Below, one piece after another: positions 38,284-46,179 of a stretch of DNA of 64,000 nt. Both the position numbers and the translations under genes were made by a program. The notes under the pieces were generated by a model. That model was not told the DNA's origin. It saw only the letters and a list, made by a program, of their open reading frames with translations, and searched no databases. The stretch comes from Elusimicrobiota bacterium (lineage in GTDB: Bacteria; Elusimicrobiota; Elusimicrobia; FEN-1173; JAKLIF01). Every line of letters begins with the position of its first letter. The stretch's first letter is position 1. The stretch lies in contig JAKLIF010000009.1 in the NCBI GenBank assembly GCA_022709755.1, positions 10,694 through 74,693 of the forward strand, in the 5' to 3' direction.

Positions 38284-40680
38284 TCAGGGCGCGGACGTGC
38301 GATTCAGATCCGACAGGAGTCCCGTCACCTCGGGGTCCATCGGTCGTTCCGAGAGCATGGCCTTGAAATGTTCCACGGCGGCGGGCGTTTGTCCCGAGAC
38401 GGCATAGACTTTCCCCAAGTTCAGCCGCACCGTCCAATCCGGCTGGATCTCGAGGGACTTCCGATAACATCGAACCGCCTCCACCCATGCCCGCCGGGAA
38501 TAGGCCACGTTCCCCGCCTGGGCCCAGACCTGCCAATTCGCCGGGATGACCGCCGTCAGTTGTTCCAGGAATCGTCGGGCTTCCTCGAACCGTTTCTGTG
38601 ACGCCAGCTGAACCGATTGATCCCAGAGCGACGGGACGGAGAGATAGGGATGGTCCTTCCGCCCCAAGGATTGCAGGGAGACCCCGATGTTCTTCCAAGC
38701 GACGGAAAACGTCACATCCAACTCAAAAGCCCTACTATACGCTTCCAAAGCCTTGTCGTGTTTCGACAAGCGCGTGTAGATATATCCCAAATTATTCCAG
38801 AGGTCCTTATCCCGAGGGAAGAAGAAGAGGGCCTGTTCAAAGAGCCGCTCGGCGGCGCCGTGATGCTCGGGCTCCATCAGGTAGATATTCCCGAGCGCCT
38901 TGTAAGCCTCCAGGGACAGCGGGTTGATGAGGAGACTGACCCTGTAGTTCAGGATGGCCTCGGGGACCCGTCGGGCCTGTGTCATGACCGTCGCCCGGTT
39001 GAAATAGATCTCGTCGTATCCGGCATTGGACTCCAGGGCCACGCGATAAGCTTCCAACGCCTTGTCGGTCCATATCTTCGACTCCTGGCTCAATCCCAAT
39101 TCAGAAGCGGACCGGGCCTGACGCGCGTAGGCGTTGGCCAGTTCGTAGGCGTTGTTCACCTCATGGCGATGATACGACATGGCGCGTTCCAATTCGGGGA
39201 TGGCACCTTTCACGTCCCCCTTCTTGGAAAGTTTGAACCCCTTGAAATAATGAACCTCCGCCAGCCAATACCGCACATTCCGCCAGACACCGGAACCCAG
39301 CAACACCAAGACGGCGAGGAGCGCCACCCGCCGCGCTTTCGTCCCGAGTTCGACGGAAACGGGGACCTCCGGGCCGACCATGCTCATCAACAATCCGAGA
39401 AGCCACCAGAACAAGAACGCCGGAACCGCGAAGAAAAGAGAGACGTTCCCGAAGAAATTATCGACGAGCATCCCCAGGCCGCCCAGGAGCAACGCCCACG
39501 ACCGAAGCTGCACCGACTCCTCCTGTTCCTTGAGGCGGTTCTTCACGATGAACCACGCCAGAAGGCACATCCACACGAACAGGCCCAGGCCGAGGGTCCC
39601 CATCTGGGACCAGAATTCCAAGACCAGGTTGTGCGCGTTGTTCGCGTGCGTGCGGAATACGCGCAACACGTCCATATAGATGTAGCGTCCTTGATAGAAC
39701 GGATAAAACAACTCGAAACAGCCCCACCCTTTCCCCCACAGCGGCCGTTCATGGACCATGTCCCAGGAGGACGACCAGATCATCAACCGTTGGTGCCAAG
39801 GAGCATAGACGCTCCCCCCTTTGATGGCGTCGTAGGCCTCCTGGATTCGATCGAACGGACGGGTCTTCTGGACGGACAACGGACTGGCCGGCCAGAGGGC
39901 GGCCGCTACCAGGAGCGCCAGGACGAACCATCTCAGAGACGCGATGCGCTCTACGACGCGGCGGCGAACCACCCACAGAAACCCGGCGCACGCCACGAAG
40001 GCGCCAACCCAGGATGACCGCGTCAACGTGCACAGGATGGCCGCCAGATAGAGCGCGAACAGCAGGAACTTCCCGATCTTCATCCTGAGCGTCCGCCCGC
40101 CCAGCAGATCCGCCAGGAGGAGCGGGAGAAGGATGACCAAGAAGGAGGACAGGAAGTTGGGGTTTCCGAACGTGGAGACCGGCCGGCCGTTATAGGGATT
40201 CAATGCCTTGGACCAGAACATCTCGATCCCGAAATACTGAAGGATCCCGTATCCGGCCGCAATGCCGCCGACCATCAGGATGATGGACAGATATCGTTCG
40301 CGCCACACCCCGTCACGCATCTGGACGGAGAGTCCATAGGCCAGATAACAGTTCACGGCCAGAAACAGCCAGACGCGGAGCCCTTCGTTCCAAATCGACG
40401 CACGCAACGTCGGATGCTGCACCCAGGACAAAAGCCATGAAAACGTGGCGGCCGCCAGGAACACGGCCAAGGCCCCGTCCAACGGCGTCCGCCAGATCTC
40501 CCACCGGCCTCGACGCAACGCATTGATGATGACCAACCCCGCCCCGACCAGCAGGGACGCGTTCAAGACGACGATCTGAGTGTAGTAGGGATTCCGGGTC
40601 AGGTCCGTGAAAAAGATCAACGGACAGACGATCTGGACAACCGCGATGAAGAGATAGAGGAAACGTTCGGTCTTGGTCAT
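38284..40680 (-). CDS. O-antigen ligase (Wzy_C)-family membrane protein fused to C-terminal TPR repeats
   Basis: 798 aa with about 12 TM segments, including the Wzy_C-like LCTLTRSSWVGAFVA and HAHNLVLEFWSQMG. The last ~330 aa are TPR-like (AYELANAYARQ, EAYKALGNIYL, DLWNNLGYIY, AWKNIGVSL, VWAQAGNVAY). Confidence 0.75.
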   Translation of the reverse strand: MTKTERFLYLFIAVVQIVCPLIFFTDLTRNPYYTQIVVLNASLLVGAGLVIINALRRGRWEIWRTPLDGALAVFLAAATFSWLLSWVQHPTLRASIWNEGLRVWLFLAVNCYLAYGLSVQMRDGVWRERYLSIILMVGGIAAGYGILQYFGIEMFWSKALNPYNGRPVSTFGNPNFLSSFLVILLPLLLADLLGGRTLRMKIGKFLLFALYLAAILCTLTRSSWVGAFVACAGFLWVVRRRVVERIASLRWFVLALLVAAALWPASPLSVQKTRPFDRIQEAYDAIKGGSVYAPWHQRLMIWSSSWDMVHERPLWGKGWGCFELFYPFYQGRYIYMDVLRVFRTHANNAHNLVLEFWSQMGTLGLGLFVWMCLLAWFIVKNRLKEQEESVQLRSWALLLGGLGMLVDNFFGNVSLFFAVPAFLFWWLLGLLMSMVGPEVPVSVELGTKARRVALLAVLVLLGSGVWRNVRYWLAEVHYFKGFKLSKKGDVKGAIPELERAMSYHRHEVNNAYELANAYARQARSASELGLSQESKIWTDKALEAYRVALESNAGYDEIYFNRATVMTQARRVPEAILNYRVSLLINPLSLEAYKALGNIYLMEPEHHGAAERLFEQALFFFPRDKDLWNNLGYIYTRLSKHDKALEAYSRAFELDVTFSVAWKNIGVSLQSLGRKDHPYLSVPSLWDQSVQLASQKRFEEARRFLEQLTAVIPANWQVWAQAGNVAYSRRAWVEAVRCYRKSLEIQPDWTVRLNLGKVYAVSGQTPAAVEHFKAMLSERPMDPEVTGLLSDLNRTSAP

Positions 40681-40723
40681 GAGCGGAATGAGGTCCGGCC
40701 GGAGGTCCCGCGGGGACCGGCGA

Positions 40724-43492
40724 TCAGGATCCCGGAACCCGGAAAACGTTCTGGACGTCGGGGTCGTTGGGGCGCATCATCCTCAGTTGCTGCCAATACC
40801 CGATGGCCTGCTCGCGCAGGTTCACCCGGGTGTAAAGGATGGCCACCCCCTTCATGGCCTCGAAGACCGCGTTCTCCTTGTTCACATACAATGTCTTCGC
40901 CTGTTCCAAACCTTTCAGATAGGCCTCTTCCGCCTTCTTGAAGGGCTCCATCGTCCGAGGATCCGTTCGAGGGGATTGTGGGAGGGCCTCCTGCAACCAG
41001 ACGAAATAAAGCCGGCCGAGGTTCATATACGTCTCGACGTTGCGGTCCGGATACTTCGCGTTGAACCGCAAGGCGCCCTGATACGCCTGAGCGGCCTTCT
41101 CGTATTCGTGCCTCATGTAGTGGATATAGGCGATGCGATAGTAGTTGGGCGGAAAAACGGGATCGAGGTTCCGGTAGAGCCCGAAATTTTTCAGCGCCAG
41201 ATTCCAATACTTTTCTGTCTGTTTTCTGTCTCCCCAATAATTGGCCTGGTCCCCCATTTTCAGATAGATCAATCCCACCTGGTGGTGCGTCTGCACGTAG
41301 TTCGGCGCCAGCTGTTTCGTCCATTCATACGTCTCGAGTCCCTTGAACCACAGTTCCTGGGACCGTTTCTTGAGTTGGATGGCCTGGTCCCGATTCCCCT
41401 TCTGGAGCGCCTCGACGCTCTGGTTATGGATCGTCGATCCCCAATCGTTGTACACGTTCCCGATGAAATAACGCGCCATCGGAAAGAACGGGTTCAGGCG
41501 GCAGACCGTCTTGTAATGCTCCAAGGCGCCCCCCACTTGTTGGTATTCCGCCTGCATGTCCGCCGGAAGATTTCCGACGGACGCTTCGTATTCCGCCGAC
41601 CGAGTCCAGATGCCCTGTTTGGAAAAAAAGATCGCCAAATTGTGGTTCACATCGGCCATGAAGAAGTTCCGGAAGACGCCGGTCCCCCAGAGGAACAATC
41701 CCAACAGGACGACCAGCGCGCCGCCCTGCACCAACGAAATGCCTTTGAACGATTTCTCCAGGATATCGGAAGCCAACCCGGCCGGGACCGGCGTCGGGTC
41801 TTCGGGGACGAGATGCCATTCGAGGCATTCCCCCAGCAGCCAGAAAGAGGCCACCGTCAAGACCACGGGACCCAGGGACATATTGAGGCTCATGAAAATG
41901 ATCAACCAAAAAGACCAGACCCCGACACGGACCCATCGGTCCAACGGGGACCGCTCGTCCTGCCTCGCCGGTAAAGGATCGTTGCGGATGAAGCTGGCCA
42001 CCGCGCCCGGCAACAGGCCGGAATAGATACCGGAGGAGACGAAACGGATGGAGACGTCGACGAACCAGTGGATGAGGCCCCCGCAATAAGCTCCCAGATA
42101 TCCCAACAGGTAATAAGCCCTCGGTTCGAGTTCCTCGCCCTCCGACGGAGGGGCCCGGGAGGAGACGGTCAGCCGATAGAGGGCGCGCGCGCCGCCGATG
42201 ATGATGGTCGCCAGGAGCCAGAGGAAGATTCCGAACCCGATCAAACCCTCGTCATACCAGACCTCCAGATACTCGTCTTCCGCATGGTCCGTTTCGGTGT
42301 TCGACTTCCCCTCGATGAGGATGATCTCCGGCCGGCGGTACGCCGGATACGAGACCTTGAACGTCCCGATGCCGGTGCCCAACAGCGGCTGGGTGCGGAT
42401 CATCTCCCAGGTGGCGATCCACGTGAACGTCCGGAAGTTGACGGAGTTCATCCGCCGGCGGGCATAATGAGTCACGATGGCGAGAGTGAACACGAACAAC
42501 AGGATGATGAAAACGAGCAATCGGCGGCTGAAGAGACGCCGGTGGTTACCGGTGAAGAACAACCCCACGAAGATGGAACTCACGATCAGGGCTCCCGAAA
42601 AACCGATCCAGGCGCCCTTGGTCTCGGTGGCGTAAAGGTTAAGAAAGAGACCCGCCCAGAACAGCAACATGGCCGCGGCGGAAGCCGTCGGATTCTTCCA
42701 CCAGATGACGATCTGCAGAGCGACCAGGAAAAAGAGCACGCCCGCCTGGACCCATCCCCGTGAAGAGACATCCACTCCACCGAACATTCCCAGCAAGAGT
42801 TTATCCGCCCCCCACATCAGCGCCACCATGAGAGCCGTCACCAGATAGGGACGGAACACCTGTCCCCGGCTCTTCAGATGGATCGCCAGGAGGAGCGGTG
42901 TCATGATCACCAGGAAGTTTCCGAAGAAATTGGGGTTTCCGAACGTCGAGAAGACGCGCGGGCCGAACGCAAAACGCCAGACGAACGGATCCAGCCCGCC
43001 GGACTGGCCTGGCGGGAACAACCGCGTGTCGAAATATTGGATCACGCCGTAGACCACCACAATCGCCAGAGCCGCCAGCAACCAACGCAGAAGGCGGCGA
43101 TGACGCTCATAACTGCGGAACTCCAGAAGGACGATCAACCCCATGCCGATGTAGAACATCCGTCGCAGGAACTCGTCCACGCTCATCGGGAGGAACGACG
43201 AATGAACGAACGAGATGATCCCCGAGACCATCATGGCCACCAGCGGGGCGGCCAACAGCCAATCACGCCCCCGGATCGGCCAACGCCGCTCCAGGACGAG
43301 CTGCCCGACCCACAAGAGGAAAATCGCGGTGCAACCGATCTGAGTGAGCGTGATCTTGATCTGGGCGGAATCATACGTGCGGAGGTAGAATGCGATGGTG
43401 ACCAGGAAATAAACGATGGGCAACGCGTGAGCGATCACGCGAGAGAAAAGGTCCGCCAGCACGCTGCGAGGTGTCCCGGTGTCCGTCATCAT
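40724..43492 (-). CDS. O-antigen ligase (Wzy_C)-family membrane protein fused to C-terminal TPR repeats (larger paralogue)
   Basis: 922 aa from ATG 43492 (ATGA overlap with the upstream stop). The multi-TM N-terminal half carries YATETKGAWIGFSGALI and HAEDEYLEVWYDEGLIG. The C-terminal TPR units include ARYFIGNVYNDWG, HHQVGLIYLKMG, YYRIAYIHYMRHEY and YMNLGRLYF. The track start is 43795. Confidence 0.75.
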   Translation of the reverse strand: MMTDTGTPRSVLADLFSRVIAHALPIVYFLVTIAFYLRTYDSAQIKITLTQIGCTAIFLLWVGQLVLERRWPIRGRDWLLAAPLVAMMVSGIISFVHSSFLPMSVDEFLRRMFYIGMGLIVLLEFRSYERHRRLLRWLLAALAIVVVYGVIQYFDTRLFPPGQSGGLDPFVWRFAFGPRVFSTFGNPNFFGNFLVIMTPLLLAIHLKSRGQVFRPYLVTALMVALMWGADKLLLGMFGGVDVSSRGWVQAGVLFFLVALQIVIWWKNPTASAAAMLLFWAGLFLNLYATETKGAWIGFSGALIVSSIFVGLFFTGNHRRLFSRRLLVFIILLFVFTLAIVTHYARRRMNSVNFRTFTWIATWEMIRTQPLLGTGIGTFKVSYPAYRRPEIILIEGKSNTETDHAEDEYLEVWYDEGLIGFGIFLWLLATIIIGGARALYRLTVSSRAPPSEGEELEPRAYYLLGYLGAYCGGLIHWFVDVSIRFVSSGIYSGLLPGAVASFIRNDPLPARQDERSPLDRWVRVGVWSFWLIIFMSLNMSLGPVVLTVASFWLLGECLEWHLVPEDPTPVPAGLASDILEKSFKGISLVQGGALVVLLGLFLWGTGVFRNFFMADVNHNLAIFFSKQGIWTRSAEYEASVGNLPADMQAEYQQVGGALEHYKTVCRLNPFFPMARYFIGNVYNDWGSTIHNQSVEALQKGNRDQAIQLKKRSQELWFKGLETYEWTKQLAPNYVQTHHQVGLIYLKMGDQANYWGDRKQTEKYWNLALKNFGLYRNLDPVFPPNYYRIAYIHYMRHEYEKAAQAYQGALRFNAKYPDRNVETYMNLGRLYFVWLQEALPQSPRTDPRTMEPFKKAEEAYLKGLEQAKTLYVNKENAVFEAMKGVAILYTRVNLREQAIGYWQQLRMMRPNDPDVQNVFRVPGS

Positions 43493-44478
43493 ATCGTCGG
43501 CCGCCGCGCGGCGGAGGAGGACGGCGTTTCCCCGCCGAACCGCCACCCCATCGAGATCCGATGGGATATTCCCAGATCCCCCAACGGGATGAACGCGTAG
43601 TCCATCCCCAACAGACCCAGGCGGAAACCGACACCGGCAGTCACACCCGTCGCGGCTCCCAAATCCGGATCTTCGGAGCGGTAAACATAACCCGCCCGGA
43701 GGAACGCGTTCTTCCTCCAAGACATCTCCACCCCGAAAGACCCGCCGGGATCGGAAGAAGGGCGCAGATAACCGTCCAATTCCCATTGGAACCAATTCCG
43801 CGATTTACAATAGACCGCCGCCCGAACTTCCGTCGGGGACGGGGACGATTCCGAAATGAATTTCACCGGTGTGCCCACGTTCCGGATGAGCCCGCCCACG
43901 CGCCATTGATGGTCCACGCGGTATACGACCCCCGCATCCCCCAGGACGCAGACGGCGCTCTCATCGTCCAGGACCTCCTGAGCCACCTTGACGGAGGCGC
44001 CCCAGGCCATGTTATAGGTCAACCGCTGGCCCCAACTGAGCGAGAGCATCTGATCCCCCGCGTCCACTTCGCCGGATTCGACATAGCGGGTACTGCCCGT
44101 TCCCGTCGCGGACGGATCGAATTCCGTATGGGCGATCCCTCCGATGGACATATAACTGACGGCCGCTCCCCACCCGCCTTTCGGCGTCGGCGATGTGTAG
44201 GACAGCGACTGGGCGGTCATGTCATCGAGATGGGTTGTGTGCAAAACGGACACCTCTCGAGAGACCGTATGGGCCAGTCCCGCCGGGTTCGAGAACACGG
44301 ATTGGGATTCCCCCACGCGCGCCACAGTGGCTTCGGCCATGGCCGCCGATATCGGAGAGGGATTCATGGACAGGAATGAAAGGCTTTCCCCTCCCGCCGA
44401 GAAAGAGGGCCGAGGGAAAAGGAGGGTGAAGACGCTGAGAAACAGGATTTTCTTGATGATGTTGTTGTCGAACCGCAT
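43489..44478 (-). CDS. PorV/PorQ-like (UPF0164-type) outer-membrane beta-barrel protein
   Basis: Signal peptide MRFDNNIIKKILFLSVFTLLFPRPSFSA. It is followed by FLSMNPSPISAAMAEATVARVGESQSVFSNPAGLA, which matches the PorV-family N-terminal pattern ending in NPAGL. The rest shows alternating beta-strand character and ends in an aromatic-rich strand. The track start at 44523 lies inside tRNA-Thr. Confidence 0.6.
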   Translation of the reverse strand: MRFDNNIIKKILFLSVFTLLFPRPSFSAGGESLSFLSMNPSPISAAMAEATVARVGESQSVFSNPAGLAHTVSREVSVLHTTHLDDMTAQSLSYTSPTPKGGWGAAVSYMSIGGIAHTEFDPSATGTGSTRYVESGEVDAGDQMLSLSWGQRLTYNMAWGASVKVAQEVLDDESAVCVLGDAGVVYRVDHQWRVGGLIRNVGTPVKFISESSPSPTEVRAAVYCKSRNWFQWELDGYLRPSSDPGGSFGVEMSWRKNAFLRAGYVYRSEDPDLGAATGVTAGVGFRLGLLGMDYAFIPLGDLGISHRISMGWRFGGETPSSSAARRPTI

Positions 44479-44496
44479 GGGAGTCAAATTCCAGAG

Positions 44497-44569
44497 AGCC
44501 GAGGATGGGACTTGAACCCACAACCTATCGCTTACGAAGCGATTGCTCTACCAATTGAGCTACCTCGGC
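44497..44569 (-). tRNA. tRNA-Thr (anticodon CGU)
   Basis: Folded by hand from the reverse complement: GCCGAGG TA GCTC AATTGGTA GAGC A ATCGC TTCGTAA GCGAT AGGTT GTGGG TTCAAGT CCCAT CCTCGGC T. All four stems pair. 73 nt; CCA is not encoded. Confidence 0.9.
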
Positions 44570-44580
44570 GCGTAAATACC

Positions 44581-44618
44581 ACTTGTCACAACGCCTGTCC
44601 CATCGTTTTACATGGGAC
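44581..44618 (-). repeat. tRNA-leader repeat, copy 1, with hairpin GTCCCAT-N8-ATGGGAC
   Basis: Plus-strand text is acttgtcacaacgcctgtcccatcgttttacatgggac. It is flanked on both sides by ggcgcgtaaatac (44567-44579 and 44618-30), and the first flank includes the first nucleotides of tRNA-Thr. Confidence 0.8.
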
Positions 44619-44688
44619 GGCGCGTAAATACGAGGGGGTCTTCGCGTCTCTGACGCGCCCTCTGTCCCACAAGCTCCGCGTTGGGACC

Positions 44689-44726
44689 ACTTATCACAAC
44701 GCCTGTCCCATCGTTTTCCATGGGAT
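44689..44726 (-). repeat. tRNA-leader repeat, copy 2
   Basis: Text is acttatcacaacgcctgtcccatcgttttccatgggat, matching copy 1 at 35 of 38 positions. It lies between tRNA-Phe and tRNA-Thr. Confidence 0.8.
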
Positions 44727-44752
44727 GGCTCGGTGCTTCGAAAAAAATAATG

Positions 44753-44825
44753 TGCCGAGGGACGGAATCGAACCGCCGACACACGGTTTTTCAGACCGCT
44801 GCTCTACCGACTGAGCTACCTCGGC
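44753..44825 (-). tRNA. tRNA-Phe (anticodon GAA)
   Basis: Reverse complement: GCCGAGG TA GCTC AGTCGGTA GAGC A GCGGT CTGAAAA ACCGT GTGTC GGCGG TTCGATT CCGTC CCTCGGC A. 73 nt; CCA is not encoded. The acceptor stem is identical to that of tRNA-Thr. Confidence 0.9.
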
Positions 44826-44835
44826 ACATAAAATC

Positions 44836-44873
44836 CGTTTGTCACAATGCCAGTCCCATCGTTTTCCATGGGG
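44836..44873 (-). repeat. tRNA-leader repeat, copy 3
   Basis: Text is cgtttgtcacaatgccagtcccatcgttttccatgggg. It is preceded by ggcacataaaatccg (44823-44837), which recurs at 44874-44888. Confidence 0.8.
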
Positions 44874-44887
44874 CGGCACATAAAATC

Positions 44888-44911
44888 CGCTTATCACAAT
44901 GCCTGTCCCAT
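44888..44911 (-). repeat. tRNA-leader repeat, copy 4 (truncated, second hairpin arm missing)
   Basis: Text is cgcttatcacaatgcctgtcccat, after which the similarity ends (aagccctgcg). Confidence 0.7.
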
Positions 44912-45000
44912 AAGCCCTGCGCAGGAGCCGATGATCGCATCGATCACCCAGGGAACGGCGAGTTCTACAAAATCATTTTTTCAAAAACCAGCGAGGCCCT

Positions 45001-45009
45001 ATTATAACA
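45001..45009 (-). promoter_or_regulatory. Candidate extended -10 promoter (TGTTATAAT on the minus strand) upstream of the tRNA-Phe/tRNA-Thr/porV-like gene string
   Basis: Plus-strand attataaca at 45001-45009 reads TGTTATAAT on the reverse strand. It lies in the most AT-rich stretch of the window, just downstream of the 45040 gene stop. There is no convincing -35: CTGACA lies 20 nt away. Confidence 0.35.
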
Positions 45010-45039
45010 AAAAAATCATTCCTTGCTGTCAGTTTATTG

Positions 45040-45633
45040 TTAATCCTGCGGGAGTTTCAACGAGCGTCCTTGCGCCAATTCCCAATCGGGCTTCCCCTCC
45101 TGGATCAGTCGCACTTTCCCTTCACTGACAAAGATGATCGAGGGTCCCGCCAGAGACCCATGGACGCGGATTCCCGATAAAGGAGGCATGACGATGGTGT
45201 ATTTTCCGACTTCCGCCCGGATCGGCGCCGAAGTCTTGTCGAGGACGACCCCGATCTTCAATACGCCTTCGTCCTCCTTCGAAAAATATTTAAAATAGGC
45301 GCCTTGTTCCGCCGACAAGGAGAGCGTCTGTCCCATGAGAATGAGTTCCCCCTCCTCCACGCGGAGGCGCGCACTCGGAGGAATAGGCTGTGTCTTCTGG
45401 GCCGGAGTCAGGATCGCTCGTTTCCCCTGGGATTCGATCTCGACACGCCCGGTCAGACGGACAATCGCCATATCCAGGAGGAAACCCGACCTACTCTCAG
45501 GAAATCCGGCGGGGACTGAGAAGAGCCACAGACACAGACAAAGCCCGATCCGAAACATCCAGGGGTGATCCGTGGGGATGATTGATTTTTGAGACGGGGA
45601 GGAGGATTTACCTAAAATCGCGGAACGGGACAC
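45040..45633 (-). CDS. Hypothetical exported protein
   Basis: 197 aa from GTG 45633, or 172 aa from ATG 45558. The latter begins with a signal-like MFRIGLCLCLWLFSVPAG. I recognise no motif, and neither start has a clear SD. Confidence 0.5.
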   Translation of the reverse strand: MSRSAILGKSSSPSQKSIIPTDHPWMFRIGLCLCLWLFSVPAGFPESRSGFLLDMAIVRLTGRVEIESQGKRAILTPAQKTQPIPPSARLRVEEGELILMGQTLSLSAEQGAYFKYFSKEDEGVLKIGVVLDKTSAPIRAEVGKYTIVMPPLSGIRVHGSLAGPSIIFVSEGKVRLIQEGKPDWELAQGRSLKLPQD

Positions 45634-45665
45634 CGGTCAGAACCGTCGGTTAGACCGATCCGCCG

Positions 45666-46064
45666 TCACGGCGTGTTGACGCGGCGACGCGCGTCGGCTT
45701 GACGGAACGCCTTATCGATCTTCTCCTGCAATGTCTTCACGTCGACGGGTTTGACCAGGTAATCCGTGGCGCCGAACAGCAACGCATCGTTCAAAGTCTG
45801 AGAATCCGACAGGGCGCTGATGATGATGACGGGGATGTCTTTCGTCGCCGGATTGGACCGGATCGCCCGACAAAGGGAAACCCCGTCCATCCCCGGCATC
45901 ATGATGTCCAGCAAAACCATATCGGGAGTCTGCCGTTTGAACACCTCCTGGGCCTCAAAGGCATTGGCGGACTCGACCACCGAATACCCCAGACGGGTCA
46001 ACGCCTCATTGACAAGGAGGCGAAACGTGTCATCATCATCGATCACATGTATCTTCTTGGTCAT
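45666..46064 (-). CDS. Single-domain response regulator (CheY-like receiver)
   Basis: MTKKIHVIDDDD, then PDMVLLDIMMPGMDG (phospho-acceptor Asp context), IIISALSD and DYLVKP. ATG 46064 has AGAGGAG upstream; the track start is 46133. Confidence 0.85.
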   Translation of the reverse strand: MTKKIHVIDDDDTFRLLVNEALTRLGYSVVESANAFEAQEVFKRQTPDMVLLDIMMPGMDGVSLCRAIRSNPATKDIPVIIISALSDSQTLNDALLFGATDYLVKPVDVKTLQEKIDKAFRQADARRRVNTP

Positions 46065-46123
46065 ATGAACTTGAACGCTCCTCTTTCCATCAATCCCCGG
46101 AAGAAATCGTGTCTGTCCTCGAA

Positions 46124-46152
46124 AGTATAGCAAGTGCCTCCACGGGAGGCAA
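46124..46152 (-). promoter_or_regulatory. Candidate sigma70-type promoter for the response-regulator gene: -35 TTGCCT, 17 nt, -10 TATACT (minus strand)
   Basis: aggcaa at 46147-46152 and agtata at 46124-46129 on the plus strand. The spacer contains the hairpin GCCTCC-acg-GGAGGC (46136-46150), which could also close the upstream M48 transcript. Motif match only. Confidence 0.3.
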
Positions 46153-46179
46153 TACTGGAAACCGAAGATGCCGCGCCCG

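Noticed and set aside
44581-44911. Whether the four spaced repeats form a small CRISPR array.
   Set aside because: Spacing is irregular (70, 109 and 14 nt between copies), two of the would-be spacers are tRNA genes, the copies are imperfect, and no cas genes are present.
44512-45128. Track ORFs 44512..44814(+), 44525..44782(-), 44681..45007(+), 44694..44897(-) and 44847..45128(+).
   Set aside because: They run through two well-folding tRNA genes and the non-coding repeat copies. The repeated peptide strings in them (for example ...HNACPIVFHG...) only reflect the DNA repeats.
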